This document shows, one piece after another, positions 1-10,396 of a DNA stretch of 64,000 nt. The stretch comes from a virus. Its lineage: Duplodnaviria > Caudoviricetes. Numbering within the stretch: the stretch's first letter is position 1; every line of letters begins with the position of its first letter. The stretch is taken from IMG/VR virus record IMGVR_UViG_3300043077_000092; one strand, written 5' to 3'. Both the position numbers and the translations under genes were made by a program. The notes under the pieces were generated by a model. That model was given only the letters and a program-made list of their open reading frames with translations, searched no databases and was not told where the DNA came from.

Positions 1-1
1 T

Positions 2-1174
2 CCATTACCAATCTCCTTAAAGTGGTATGACATTTACCTTGATGGTAGAAAACTTAATAAGAAGAATCTTGAGATTATATCTCCTACAAAGTTCTATGTA
101 CAAAATGTCGATTCGAGGTATCACCTTGTAATCGTTGCAAAGAACCGTGACCCTGAGTTCTTCCATCTTCCATCTTATACGAATTCGATGGAAACTCCAG
201 ATGCAGTTGACTGGAATAATACAGTCATTGACGACCTTATGGAAACGGCTAATGAACTGAAAGAGATTATTGATGCTTCTAAAGAAGAGATTGACCCCAA
301 TGGCGAAACTTACAACATTGCAACGAATGTATGCATGAACATCAACGCTATGATTTTCTTCTTTGAGCACTTCATGTATACATTTATAAACGCAAACTGG
401 AGCCAAATAACACAAAATATTAAAGAGGCGTTCCCGATGCTTCTTAATGATTGGGGAGTTATGCCTATTGATAGTAACGATGGATGTGTAAGAGATGAAT
501 CTATCGGAGGCTATTTAATCAAACCAATAGATTGTAATATAAAGGTAGGTGAAGAAGATATGTTTACAGATCCGAATGTCGATTACAAAGGTATTGGTGC
601 GTTACAGGACAGATTTGCCATAAGACCACTTAATACTGACAATTACGAATTCGGTCTCAAAGACGAGTTTATGACTGACCCTAATACCGCTGAACCTGCA
701 ATCGTAAATGAGGACGGAACAGTAACTGCACTCAACACCATGGTTCGTATCAAACACCATATCGAAACATTCAGTAGTAACATTACTCTGTATGGAATGG
801 GTTATGCTGATATCTATCAGCTTACGTTTGATGATGAATATAAGACCAAACTCTTCGTAAACGATGAAAATCTTTTGACCGAGGAGATTGAAACCGACAA
901 ACCTATTGAGAAATTATGTATCAGTCTTGATACTACTTTCTTGACTCAGGTTGGCGATTGCAAGATGTTAAAGGTTGCAGATATTGACCCGACTGTTTCG
1001 GTTGGATACTATGTAGACGGTGCAGCTAAGGGCTTTTCATGTACACTCACTAGACTGAAAGATAATCTCATTGAAGAGGATGGTAAAGTGGTGAAATTGT
1101 CTAGTATTGTAATCAAGGATATTCCTGATACAGTTACGAAGGCGTTTATCCATTCAATTCTTCTGGCATATTAA
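2..1174 (+). CDS. C-terminal part of a large virion structural protein (5'-truncated by window edge)
   Basis: Frame is open from position 2 (PLPISLKWYDIYLDGRKLNK...) into ORF 188..1174; context is a structural operon. Confidence 0.6.
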   Translation, partial: PLPISLKWYDIYLDGRKLNKKNLEIISPTKFYVQNVDSRYHLVIVAKNRDPEFFHLPSYTNSMETPDAVDWNNTVIDDLMETANELKEIIDASKEEIDPNGETYNIATNVCMNINAMIFFFEHFMYTFINANWSQITQNIKEAFPMLLNDWGVMPIDSNDGCVRDESIGGYLIKPIDCNIKVGEEDMFTDPNVDYKGIGALQDRFAIRPLNTDNYEFGLKDEFMTDPNTAEPAIVNEDGTVTALNTMVRIKHHIETFSSNITLYGMGYADIYQLTFDDEYKTKLFVNDENLLTEEIETDKPIEKLCISLDTTFLTQVGDCKMLKVADIDPTVSVGYYVDGAAKGFSCTLTRLKDNLIEEDGKVVKLSSIVIKDIPDTVTKAFIHSILLAY

Positions 1175-1200
1175 AAAATGAAAGGTGGTGAGGACCTAAA

Positions 1201-3549
1201 ATGAAACTAATAAAGGTTCGCGACAACAAAAATAGACCCATTAACAATTTAGATGTCATGATGGGTGCATTATTCGGCGATAAAGTACCGAGAGAATTTG
1301 TCGTTGACAAATACTACAAAGCTGGAGATAGAGTTTACACGTTTGATGACGATGGGAACTTGAACGTCTGGATTTGTAATCTCAGTGGTACATTCAAGAC
1401 TTGCAGAGAACCAAACTTTTCAGAATGGTCTCTCAATTCGATTATTGAGCAATACAAGAATCGCCCGGTTACAATACCGGGCGAAACAATTAATCCTCAG
1501 ATGTATGAGTGTAGATCCGCTGTATCTGAAAGAGATGAATACATTGAATATGATGGATTCGCTCATTTTGATACTAATGTAAAAGGATTTAATCTGGGTG
1601 ACTATAATGGTGAAGATGATATCGTTGATATTTATTTACGTAGAGAGCATTCAGACCATTACTTACGCAGAGAGGATTACAAACTTGCAGGATACAAGTT
1701 GCGTATATCACTTCCTCTTGAGGATATGGTAGACGAATCGACAAATACGACAAAGTTTCTTCCTGAAGGAACTCTTGTTGAAGATACTGCGAACGAGAAT
1801 TACTGGTACAATGAAGACGGTGTTAATAAGACATGTGGTACCGGTGTTAATGGTATTCAGGAAGACAATATTGATGTACTTGCATCATTTGGAAAATCAA
1901 TTGAGTATGGATACAAAATTGCTAGTGTCAAGGCTGTATCTGTACATACCGTAGTTGGTTCTCCATTAAATTATCAACTTGAAAAGCCTATATACAGATT
2001 GGATGAAATCGAAGTTCCTGAACACGATGCAATAGGAAACAATGTCGATGGAGATGTACAAACTGTATCGTTCAAAGTAGATATTGAGCCCGATAGAGGA
2101 GTATATGATGTCGTTACATTATCCTATAGTAAGGATACTCAAAAGGTTTCTATCCACTCAGAAAACGGCTATGTACAGCAGGTGAAATTCACCGTTGTTG
2201 CAAGAAAAGATAAACCGCTTAGTGTCTTTATGATTGGAAGTAAAGCGGTAAGTCCAATGGCTCGGTTTATCAAAGTTATCAATGAATATGGAGAAGTGGT
2301 TGAAGTAGATGGGGAGCATTTAATCAAGATGCCTTGTCTTGACTTACTTCGTCATAACAGCTTTGAATTCGAGCTTTATGTAGACAGAGTATTTCGTAGT
2401 GACTATGAAGAGGTCATGGATGAAGAAGAGGGTTCAATCTATATCAGATTACTTGATACAACTGGTATTGATTGGGAGAATACTACGTTCTTATTCCACA
2501 TTTTCTATTGTATCTCTCAGGATGCTGCGATTATTAAGTCAAGCGATACAAAACTTGTGGAAACAGATAAGGATGCGTTCCGCATTGCACTTACAACGCA
2601 GTTTATCAACAAGTTCCAATGGCTTAAGATGAGAGAAGACTCAAAGCTTATCCCACCAGAATATACGGTTGGTAGTAAAGGAACTGCAAATATCATCAGT
2701 GAAGACCACTATCTGTCTATTGGACATAAGCTGAAAGCAGATGTCTTCAGTCTGGTCTTCAAAGATAACATTATTCGTCGTGCAGACAGTGCGACAGACA
2801 CATGTAACTCTGAGTCTTATCCTATTATGGAAGATACCAGAGACCTTACAGTACCATTTATGGATTATGATCCGGAATATGATGATTTCTTAATCTTCAA
2901 ATCTGGTGGAGTTCTTGTGAGCTCATCCAAGTGGTTCTTGAATAACAAGTATGTCAACTTGTATATACATGAGAATCCATTACTTCGTGGAGATTATGTA
3001 GATTTCAGATTGCTTGACCGTGATGATACGGTTCGTGTGGATAGTTTCTTCCTTGATGTCAATGTAGATGAGAAATCAGTTGATACTGGAATTGACTTAG
3101 ACAAATCTGCTTTCTATTTATTATTCACAGTAAGTGGAGAATACATCAGCAACTCCAAGTATACAGTTGATGGTTCGACCATTAAGTTCAAGGCAGAATC
3201 TGATGGTTGTGATCAACCATATACACCAACTCATGGTGGAAGATTGGAACTTGTAGTTGGAGTTTACAAAAAAGAATACAGTACGACACTTTATAAGATG
3301 ATTCAGATCGAAACAACCGTTGATGACCAGCGTGAATTCAGTTTCGAGGATAACATTGAGTACAACCCATCATCTGATAATCTCCTGATTTTCAGAAAAG
3401 ACGGAATGTATATCGGCGAAAGGTTTTACCATACGGATGAAACATGCGGAAAGATCATTATCGATAAAGGATCAGGAGTTCCGCTTGGAAGCTATATTGA
3501 CGTTCTACTTATACGAAATATGTCCGTAAGAGTAAAACCGACTATATAG
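1201..3549 (+). CDS. Putative virion structural protein (tail/baseplate-associated, beta-rich repeats)
   Basis: 782 aa; RBS AAGGTGGTGAGG; repeated 'L(L/I)F-x3-G-x2-(I/V)-x4-(Y/W)' units in the C-terminal half. Confidence 0.55.
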   Translation: MKLIKVRDNKNRPINNLDVMMGALFGDKVPREFVVDKYYKAGDRVYTFDDDGNLNVWICNLSGTFKTCREPNFSEWSLNSIIEQYKNRPVTIPGETINPQMYECRSAVSERDEYIEYDGFAHFDTNVKGFNLGDYNGEDDIVDIYLRREHSDHYLRREDYKLAGYKLRISLPLEDMVDESTNTTKFLPEGTLVEDTANENYWYNEDGVNKTCGTGVNGIQEDNIDVLASFGKSIEYGYKIASVKAVSVHTVVGSPLNYQLEKPIYRLDEIEVPEHDAIGNNVDGDVQTVSFKVDIEPDRGVYDVVTLSYSKDTQKVSIHSENGYVQQVKFTVVARKDKPLSVFMIGSKAVSPMARFIKVINEYGEVVEVDGEHLIKMPCLDLLRHNSFEFELYVDRVFRSDYEEVMDEEEGSIYIRLLDTTGIDWENTTFLFHIFYCISQDAAIIKSSDTKLVETDKDAFRIALTTQFINKFQWLKMREDSKLIPPEYTVGSKGTANIISEDHYLSIGHKLKADVFSLVFKDNIIRRADSATDTCNSESYPIMEDTRDLTVPFMDYDPEYDDFLIFKSGGVLVSSSKWFLNNKYVNLYIHENPLLRGDYVDFRLLDRDDTVRVDSFFLDVNVDEKSVDTGIDLDKSAFYLLFTVSGEYISNSKYTVDGSTIKFKAESDGCDQPYTPTHGGRLELVVGVYKKEYSTTLYKMIQIETTVDDQREFSFEDNIEYNPSSDNLLIFRKDGMYIGERFYHTDETCGKIIIDKGSGVPLGSYIDVLLIRNMSVRVKPTI

Positions 3550-3570
3550 AAGAGAGGGAGGGCGAATTTA

Positions 3571-4218
3571 ATGTCATTCTTAGGAAGATTGAAATGGCTC
3601 ATTACCGGAAACGGTGATGCACCATCAGCAACAGATGATAAAACCGCAGCGGGTACATCTAGTAGTCCAAACCACCCACTTACCGATGACAACACGGGAA
3701 TGACAGACGAAGAGTTTGTGGCAATACTTATGAATCATCCTATATTCGCTGAGTTAAGAGAATGGGAAGAGTATAGGGTAAGAGTACTTGACATTACAGA
3801 TCCGATCAAACGGAATATGGCTAGATTTTACCTTGGACTGTTCTTCAACAAATTCAAATGTGCTGTAGAGACATCGGTGAAAGAACATCACAAATATCTC
3901 GACGATACAGTAGCATTGAACAATTTAATAATCGAAACGATCAATGACGTCCGAGAGTCCGCTTTGGCAGGTGGGGTTCCGGAAATATTTCTGGATAAGT
4001 TTACGAACTATCTTTACACCCAGACTAAAATTTTCGACTCCACTTGTAAGGATTTGGATAGATTTGAATATTACAATAACCCACTCGCTCGTGCAACGTT
4101 CAGACTTGATTTGGAGTTTATGACTATACGGAATATAACTTCAGAGATAGAGTCTGTAATAAACGACATGAACGGACAGCTACATATGGCGTTAGAAGGT
4201 TCAGTGTTCGATGAGTAA
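3571..4218 (+). CDS. Hypothetical helical protein (possibly lysis-associated)
   Basis: 215 aa ORF; RBS GAGGGAGG. Confidence 0.6.
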   Translation: MSFLGRLKWLITGNGDAPSATDDKTAAGTSSSPNHPLTDDNTGMTDEEFVAILMNHPIFAELREWEEYRVRVLDITDPIKRNMARFYLGLFFNKFKCAVETSVKEHHKYLDDTVALNNLIIETINDVRESALAGGVPEIFLDKFTNYLYTQTKIFDSTCKDLDRFEYYNNPLARATFRLDLEFMTIRNITSEIESVINDMNGQLHMALEGSVFDE

Positions 4219-4248
4219 GGTTTTTGTTTTAAGAAAGGACTGAATGCT

Positions 4249-4857
4249 ATGCAATTAATACGTTTAGTTAGTCAGATCCCACCAGATTTGAGACGGTTAA
4301 CGCTTATTGTAGCTACAAGCACAACAACAACAACATCATCATCAAGTACAGCGACAGAGACGGTATCAACCTTGTCATCTTTAGTTAAACTAATTTCAGA
4401 TTTCGGAGTAGAGATAGTAATTACAGCAGTAATGGTAATCTTTATGTACCGCTACATGAAGAACCTCATAAAACGAGACAACGAACTCTATGAAAGCATA
4501 ATCCCGAAAGTAGAGGGTTTGAGTACGTCAATTAAGTCTATGGAATCTGACATCAACAAACTTGTGAGCAACCACAACACGCATTCAAATGCGATGTTAC
4601 GTGCTTTGGAGAAGGATCAAGATGAGATTCGAGACATAGTCTTCGAAAATCAGAACCAATTGAGAAATTTAGCTGCGAAAGTAGCTGCCTTACAAAGTAA
4701 CCAAGATATTATGCTCCGAATGATTGCGGCATTAAATAGCTACAATATGTCCAGAACTATATCTGGTGGTGAGGTAATTGATTTCACTCAACCGGAAGGT
4801 AACAGTAGTGTTGGGGATAAACCTTCTGGAAACAGTGACCCCCAGACAAAAAAATAA
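4249..4857 (+). CDS. Membrane protein with coiled coil, possible holin-like protein
   Basis: One hydrophobic segment (FGVEIVITAVMVIFMY) followed by a heptad-rich region; Thr/Ser run encoded by ACA/TCA repeats. Confidence 0.45.
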   Translation: MQLIRLVSQIPPDLRRLTLIVATSTTTTTSSSSTATETVSTLSSLVKLISDFGVEIVITAVMVIFMYRYMKNLIKRDNELYESIIPKVEGLSTSIKSMESDINKLVSNHNTHSNAMLRALEKDQDEIRDIVFENQNQLRNLAAKVAALQSNQDIMLRMIAALNSYNMSRTISGGEVIDFTQPEGNSSVGDKPSGNSDPQTKK

Positions 4858-4863
4858 CAATAG

Positions 4864-4910
4864 AAGAGAAACGAACTTGCAACAACCAACTTGTCAAGTT
4901 CGTTTCTCTT
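4864..4910. terminator. Bidirectional intrinsic terminator
   Basis: 16-bp inverted repeat AAGAGAAACGAACTTG/CAAGTTCGTTTCTCTT between convergent genes. Confidence 0.8.
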
Positions 4911-4913
4911 ATT

Positions 4914-5624
4914 TTAATGCTTTACTTCTATTTCCCGATACTTATCAATATCAATAACGCCATTGGTTACATGATAGATACTGGAGTTGTATTCTCCTGC
5001 CCAGAATTGATAATACTCTAAATACATATTGTAATTATCTACATTCATATCAAGCTGGGTTTCTGCGACGTAGATATCTTGTAGTGTATCAAGTATGTCA
5101 GAATCTGCTTTAATCTCTGGATGGTTATTGAGTAATGCATTAAGGGTTATATATCCATTATACGGATCATTTGAATAATCTTCATCCGATGGAAATTGGG
5201 TTTTGAATAATCTCTGTACAACTTGATCTTCTGAGTTGGTGCAGATTTCCTTTATCATATAGTATAAATCCGTAGATAACGCTTCAATCTGGTCATAATT
5301 AGTTGAAATCTCTAATGCCGTAGAAGCCATCATATCGGAATACAGTATCGCCCGTTCCTCTGCGTACTTACCATTATACGCATCCTGTGTCAATAATCTA
5401 AACCCAATGCAAAGGTTAAATACAACAACCATGAATAATACGGTTGGGTATAGGTATCTCATCCAACCATATTTGAAATAAACCCATTTGGAACCTTTTG
5501 CTCCATTAAACTGCGTTCCATTCTTGAGATATCTATTTCTTTTTCTATCACCTTCTGACAATATAGGTCTCCATTCCCTTTTTATCTTTTTTCTTGCTCT
5601 CGTTTCTTCTAAGTGACGATTCAT
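4914..5624 (-). CDS. lemA: LemA-family membrane protein
   Basis: N-terminal TM helix; LLNNHPEIKADSD...IYVAETQL...YN resembles the LemA YPELKAN...E..I...YN signature. Confidence 0.6.
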   Translation of the reverse strand: MNRHLEETRARKKIKREWRPILSEGDRKRNRYLKNGTQFNGAKGSKWVYFKYGWMRYLYPTVLFMVVVFNLCIGFRLLTQDAYNGKYAEERAILYSDMMASTALEISTNYDQIEALSTDLYYMIKEICTNSEDQVVQRLFKTQFPSDEDYSNDPYNGYITLNALLNNHPEIKADSDILDTLQDIYVAETQLDMNVDNYNMYLEYYQFWAGEYNSSIYHVTNGVIDIDKYREIEVKH

Positions 5625-5659
5625 GTGCTCACTCTCCTCTTCCTGAAAATGAATTTTTA

Positions 5660-5672
5660 AACATTATGGTAA
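5660..5672 (+). promoter_or_regulatory. Late-type promoter AACA-N6-TAA driving a non-coding transcript
   Basis: AACA TTATGG TAA; the same motif precedes about 12 structural/late genes in this window. Confidence 0.6.
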
Positions 5673-5935
5673 TGCTTTAAACCGGCGCTGTGTGTATAAG
5701 ATTGTGTAAATCAGGTATTCTCCTGTTATCGCTAATACGATTGAACTGGTCATTTGTTTTGATGTTGCGCCTTATGAAATAGTATTGCATGTTTTTCATT
5801 TGACATAGAAGACTCCTAAGAATTCAGTTATGCTTATACGATAATAACCTCTCGTGTAAGATTTGTAACAGCCGGTAAAGCAGACATTGAGTAACCGTAT
5901 GCATCTTTTTGCCAGTGCATACGGTTACTCTTTGT
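5671..5935 (+). ncRNA. Candidate ~220-260 nt structured small RNA
   Basis: No convincing ORF; promoter at 5660; 5' end (TGCTTT-AA-ACCGGC) pairs with 5871-5882 (GCCGGTAAAGCA); internal stems; ends in a terminator. Confidence 0.55.
5889..5930. terminator. Intrinsic terminator (bidirectional)
   Basis: 15-bp perfect inverted repeat GAGTAACCGTATGCA/TGCATACGGTTACTC followed by TTTGTT. Confidence 0.8.
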
Positions 5936-5947
5936 TCGTTTCATAAT

Positions 5948-7444
5948 TTAGATGTTTGCATATGCATAAATACCTGCGATACCATCTTTAAATGGCGCAG
6001 TATCAATATCATAGTTACCATCATTATGGGAAACAAACATATTGCTACGTGGGTTATCACGCTTATAATATTCTTCCCCAATCTTCCCTATCTTGTGGCA
6101 GAATATATTCTCGATATCACCATCGAAATCCGCATTTGCTTTGTTCAGTACATATGTCGGAATACCCATACAATAATCCGTAATATCGCATTCAATCTTT
6201 GCAACTCGCATGGTAATATACGAACCAAAGTTGATTGATGGGTTTCTGTCAATACTGATATACAAGTTTTGATGTGTCATAAGATGAATCATGAGCTTAT
6301 ATATCTTCTCAGAATATACAACGGAAGCCTCAGATAACATATCCCAAGCTTGCGGGTATTCCTTCTGATATAAATCATGGATGAGTGCAACAAGTTCCAT
6401 CTTATAAAGTTCCATGAAAGTTGTATAGCCAAGACCAATGTGGTCTGCTCTTAACTCCGGATCAGGAACGATAACATTTCGTCCTGTGAAGTTTAATCGA
6501 CCACCAAGAATCTGCTCGTTGATAATACCTTCTTTTCTCTTAATCGTATCAAAGGACATATCCCATAAGCTATTCACATAACCCTGAATACGATACAGAA
6601 TATTTTCCTTTCTCAGATAAGCGGTATCTTTCTTTTTCTTTTCTCTGTAATCGACACGACGTTTCCATTCAAAATCATCGTTTAACAACATATGGTCAGA
6701 GAACAACTTCTGGAAGATTTTATCTTCATCCGAATATCTTATATCGCCATTTCTGACCATCCATTTTCTTAACATCATATTGTAACAAGGGATACAATGA
6801 ACGAATACTTCGTCTCTTCGAATACGGAAGAACTCATATCCCTCATGTTTCTTATTCTTCTTGTAATATACTTCAAGTATCTCATCAAATCGTTCAAAGA
6901 ACTCAATCATACCAATTCCATAATACGGTGATGACTTATTGTCCATATACTTCGAACGTTCCTGTTCAGGTACATAATGTAACATCTGATACAGATGCGT
7001 ATTGCTAAAATACCAACCGAGTTTCAGATACATACCCGGATTGATTATATAGTTTCTATCTAACACGAACCAACCTGTTTTGCGAATTCTTGTATCAATA
7101 AATCGTACAGGTTTGTTACATACTGGACACAGAGTCTCAGAATCCATATATCTTCTTCCGATAAGGTTACCGCATGGACAAGAATACCTATCCTCAAAAG
7201 CATTCTCATCTCTCCAGTCAGTACCATATAGCGGAGAATGTATAGAATAAAGACCGGGGTCTAAATCTAAATCTGTCTTTCCTTTCTCTGTAATTCTAAA
7301 TCCGACGCCAGTGGTCAATTCATCTTTACATCTTGAATCCCAATCTGAAATAACGATTCGGAATCTAGGATTACATATCGTTGAACCATCTGCTGTCGTT
7401 TTGTGTTCTTTTTGGAGTAACTCTCCTGTTAAGTACGATGGCAT
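5948..7444 (-). CDS. rpoC: Phage multisubunit RNA polymerase beta'-like subunit (N-terminal plus catalytic region), probably non-virion RNAP
   Basis: Zn-binding CPCG...CPVC, LGGRLNFTGRNVIVPDP, DRNPSI, catalytic NADFDGD; preceded by an early-type promoter. Confidence 0.9.
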   Translation of the reverse strand: MPSYLTGELLQKEHKTTADGSTICNPRFRIVISDWDSRCKDELTTGVGFRITEKGKTDLDLDPGLYSIHSPLYGTDWRDENAFEDRYSCPCGNLIGRRYMDSETLCPVCNKPVRFIDTRIRKTGWFVLDRNYIINPGMYLKLGWYFSNTHLYQMLHYVPEQERSKYMDNKSSPYYGIGMIEFFERFDEILEVYYKKNKKHEGYEFFRIRRDEVFVHCIPCYNMMLRKWMVRNGDIRYSDEDKIFQKLFSDHMLLNDDFEWKRRVDYREKKKKDTAYLRKENILYRIQGYVNSLWDMSFDTIKRKEGIINEQILGGRLNFTGRNVIVPDPELRADHIGLGYTTFMELYKMELVALIHDLYQKEYPQAWDMLSEASVVYSEKIYKLMIHLMTHQNLYISIDRNPSINFGSYITMRVAKIECDITDYCMGIPTYVLNKANADFDGDIENIFCHKIGKIGEEYYKRDNPRSNMFVSHNDGNYDIDTAPFKDGIAGIYAYANI

Positions 7445-7512
7445 TTTATTACCCTCCTTGAAAAAGTTATTTCATGTAACAACACGTTATTCTCTTGTCC
7501 GTGCCATCTTAT

Positions 7513-7520
7513 TAATATAT
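7513..7520 (-). promoter_or_regulatory. Early-type promoter (TATATTA)
   Basis: Motif shared with nine other upstream regions of minus-strand non-structural genes. Confidence 0.55.
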
Positions 7521-7541
7521 ACTTTAACTACATACAAAAAA

Positions 7542-7570
7542 ATGAGAGGAACGAATTCTGTCCCTCTCAT
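7542..7570 (-). terminator. Intrinsic terminator
   Basis: ATGAGAGG/CCTCTCAT stem followed by TTTTTTGTA on the minus strand. Confidence 0.7.
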
Positions 7571-7579
7571 CAATTTTAG

Positions 7580-8032
7580 TTATTCTTTACCAAACTCGTC
7601 AATCTTAAAGACTTCGTTATTATAATAATCAATCCTATCTGCGGCAACCAATTCATCACCACACTCATTTGCAAGTTTCTCTGTTGAGAAGATTCCCATT
7701 AGGGATGCATCGCAATACCACGGGTCGGTTCCCTCGGTATATCCCATGACGCAATAGATATCGGGATTATATGGAACCAGTTCTTCATCCGGCACATCGA
7801 TCTCAGTCGGTTCGTCATGATCCTCTAAATCCTTAAGAGTACTCTCAACGAGTTCTTTAATGTTACCAACTGCATCCATATGTACGCACTTATTGATGTG
7901 GTCTACATCGATGATGCATTTCTCTCCTAATGGATGAAATCTGTAACCTTTTGGTAGGGTTAGTAGAATCTTTATTGCATCCTCAACTGTCTCGATAGGT
8001 CCATCAAATGCCTCAATTGCTTTCTTTTTCAT
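7580..8032 (-). CDS. Hypothetical early protein
   Basis: Likely start MKKKAIE after RBS AAAGGA; early motif at 8086-8093. Confidence 0.65.
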   Translation of the reverse strand: MKKKAIEAFDGPIETVEDAIKILLTLPKGYRFHPLGEKCIIDVDHINKCVHMDAVGNIKELVESTLKDLEDHDEPTEIDVPDEELVPYNPDIYCVMGYTEGTDPWYCDASLMGIFSTEKLANECGDELVAADRIDYYNNEVFKIDEFGKE

Positions 8033-8100
8033 ACTTAATCGTTCCTTTCTTGTACAAGTTTTTATTTTACTTTGGTACTCCAATTTAATATAGGTTTAAA

Positions 8101-8137
8101 AAGACGAGAGGATAATCTATGAAAATCCTCTCGTCTT
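8101..8137 (-). terminator. Intrinsic terminator
   Basis: AAGACGAGAGGAT/ATCCTCTCGTCTT inverted repeat. Confidence 0.75.
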
Positions 8138-8144
8138 AATGTTT

Positions 8145-9398
8145 CTAAACAAATATATCTTTAGGGTCTAAGATATAAGTACGAACTGTACTGTCATGAG
8201 ATTTCTTCATCTTTGCTCGAAGTGTCGAATTGGAAACTCTACCAAAGGTAAGCCCAATGGTATTAATTCCCAGTAGATAGTATCTATCTCCAGCACATCT
8301 GTTACAAAGTTTCTTACCGATACAGTAATCTGGTAATCTAATCTGTACAGTCTTACCCATATATTTATCTTGATTACTTGGCTCCAATCTGATGTATTTG
8401 CCTCCAGACTTAATGAAATGATACAGATAATAATTCATATTGGTTTTATCCAACGTAACTGTTGCACAATTCTTACACCCGCAATCTGTTCCACGTTCAT
8501 CTAATACAACGTCCTGAAAACCAGCAGACAGTTTCTTTGTAATATATCCGCATTCACCTGTACCAATTGCCTTTGGATAAAATCCAGATACAACTGCGTT
8601 TGCAAGTGATGGAATGTTCTCTTTCGGTATTCCTTCATATAAGGAATTTGTTACAATCTCAAACTCACCTTTATATGCATTCCAAATAGGTCCCTTTGTA
8701 CATAACCATTGACGATATGCATTATCAAAAGAACCTCTCGCACCAGATGAATACAATTCATATGATGGGTCATCTTTTAATTCTTCTTGGGCTAATGCAA
8801 CAAGTTCGTCCTGAATATGTTTGTAAGTGATAGCATCGTTGTTTTCAATTGCCTCTTTATTCTCAGCAATCAATTGTTTCTTACGAGCTGTAACCTTAGG
8901 TAATGGTTTTGCAGTCTTGATACTGATTGATGAACAAATTTGGGTATTAACAGTAAACGCTAACCAGCATAATCGATTCATATACTCGATATACTTTGTT
9001 ACGCATTCACCAGTCTCATCAAGCATAATTGCAGTTGCAATCATATCATCAATCTTTCCAAGACCTTTCTTTGTGATTTCAAAATTAACATATCCAACCT
9101 CTTTCTGAAAATAGGGCTCAATCAGATACTTATTGAATATGAATAGTCCACAGTTTGTGAGCACCTTTTCGCTATTAAAATACTCTCCCTTTTCCAGAGT
9201 CATCTCGTCGAATGTATTAAATTTTGATGGGATTATTTTTGGAACCATTTTCCCAGTGTCTGGGTCTTTCACCTGTTTTGTCGTATCTAACTTATCTGCG
9301 AATAAATCGTCGAATAATGTCTGAGTTATGTCGTCTGGTTTCAAATCCAAAAACATCTGCTTTTCAGCAGCCGTAATGGTTCGTTTCTGTCTTGCCAT
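8145..9398 (-). CDS. rpoC: Phage RNA polymerase beta'-like C-terminal subunit, probably virion RNAP
   Basis: SGARGS, bridge-helix-like KAIGTGECGYITKKL, DCG, C..C.G Zn site, trigger-loop-like LRAKMKKSH; lies in a late operon. Confidence 0.85.
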   Translation of the reverse strand: MARQKRTITAAEKQMFLDLKPDDITQTLFDDLFADKLDTTKQVKDPDTGKMVPKIIPSKFNTFDEMTLEKGEYFNSEKVLTNCGLFIFNKYLIEPYFQKEVGYVNFEITKKGLGKIDDMIATAIMLDETGECVTKYIEYMNRLCWLAFTVNTQICSSISIKTAKPLPKVTARKKQLIAENKEAIENNDAITYKHIQDELVALAQEELKDDPSYELYSSGARGSFDNAYRQWLCTKGPIWNAYKGEFEIVTNSLYEGIPKENIPSLANAVVSGFYPKAIGTGECGYITKKLSAGFQDVVLDERGTDCGCKNCATVTLDKTNMNYYLYHFIKSGGKYIRLEPSNQDKYMGKTVQIRLPDYCIGKKLCNRCAGDRYYLLGINTIGLTFGRVSNSTLRAKMKKSHDSTVRTYILDPKDIFV

Positions 9399-9437
9399 TT
9401 TTAATCACCACCTTCATGAAGAGGAGTATAGCGCAGG

Positions 9438-10334
9438 TTATGCGCTATACCACCTGTACACTATACTCATGTCTTTCTCCATATGTAATGGATCATTCGT
9501 GAAGTGGCAGCAAGATGCCTGTCTAACCTGTTTATACTCATGGCGACCATCTTCAACCTTTGATAATACGCCTGTACAAAGACCGATTTCATTGAAACGA
9601 ACTTCATCGATATCATCATAGAGATCGAACCATTCCCTGAAATCGTTTTTCTCAATTGTACATACGCATTCTGCGAATACTTCGATTGGTGTTTCTCTTG
9701 TTGATGTATAGTCAGATTCAACAACCGGACTACCATCTACATCATCACCAGCATCTTTCCATAAAGGTTTGATAACCGGATCACTCTCGAATGTCTTACC
9801 ATAATAAGCGTACTTACCATCGTCTAACTGTCTCATCAGATAGTACTTATCGTACTCTTCCATACCCTCAACAAATGGTTCCTCTACTACACGGAAAGGA
9901 ATCATATTGTTTAAGGCTCTCTGTTGCTGATAGACATGGGTAATATCCTTTCTGGAATCACCGCATCCACCAATACCAACTGTCCAGAGGCAGATACCAT
10001 TCTCCCTTGGATATTTGTCGGTTACAGATGGACCAGTTGTTCCGATATTCATGATGTTGTTAAGATACTCTACGTGCAGGTCACAACTTACGTTGAACAT
10101 TTTCTCAAGAGCATAGATAGATCCACCAAGCAAGATTTCGTTTGGTTCTCTTCTTACTACGTTTTCCCCAAGAATACTAAGACCAGTCTTAGGGTCAACC
10201 ATTCTCTTTCCACGTATTACAATTGCTTCCCCATGCAAACCGGGTCTGTCTCTCTTAACTCTTCGGTCATAGTGGGTAGCAGAATTATCTCTCAGAATTC
10301 GTGTGAATTCATTTACCTTCGTCAAAATAGGCAT
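9438..10334 (-). CDS. Putative virion structural (baseplate) protein
   Basis: 298 aa; ...FNEIGL...IVYRWY C-terminal pattern typical of baseplate/fibre-collar proteins; late promoter at 10380-10392. Confidence 0.5.
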   Translation of the reverse strand: MPILTKVNEFTRILRDNSATHYDRRVKRDRPGLHGEAIVIRGKRMVDPKTGLSILGENVVRREPNEILLGGSIYALEKMFNVSCDLHVEYLNNIMNIGTTGPSVTDKYPRENGICLWTVGIGGCGDSRKDITHVYQQQRALNNMIPFRVVEEPFVEGMEEYDKYYLMRQLDDGKYAYYGKTFESDPVIKPLWKDAGDDVDGSPVVESDYTSTRETPIEVFAECVCTIEKNDFREWFDLYDDIDEVRFNEIGLCTGVLSKVEDGRHEYKQVRQASCCHFTNDPLHMEKDMSIVYRWYSA

Positions 10335-10396
10335 TTCAACATTCCTCCTTTATATTTGTAATCATTCTGCATTAATAAATTAATTATTTGTGCCTT

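Noticed and set aside
4320-4345. ACA/TCA trinucleotide run as a phase-variation tract
   Set aside because: In-frame triplet repeat encoding a Thr/Ser linker; length change would not shift the frame
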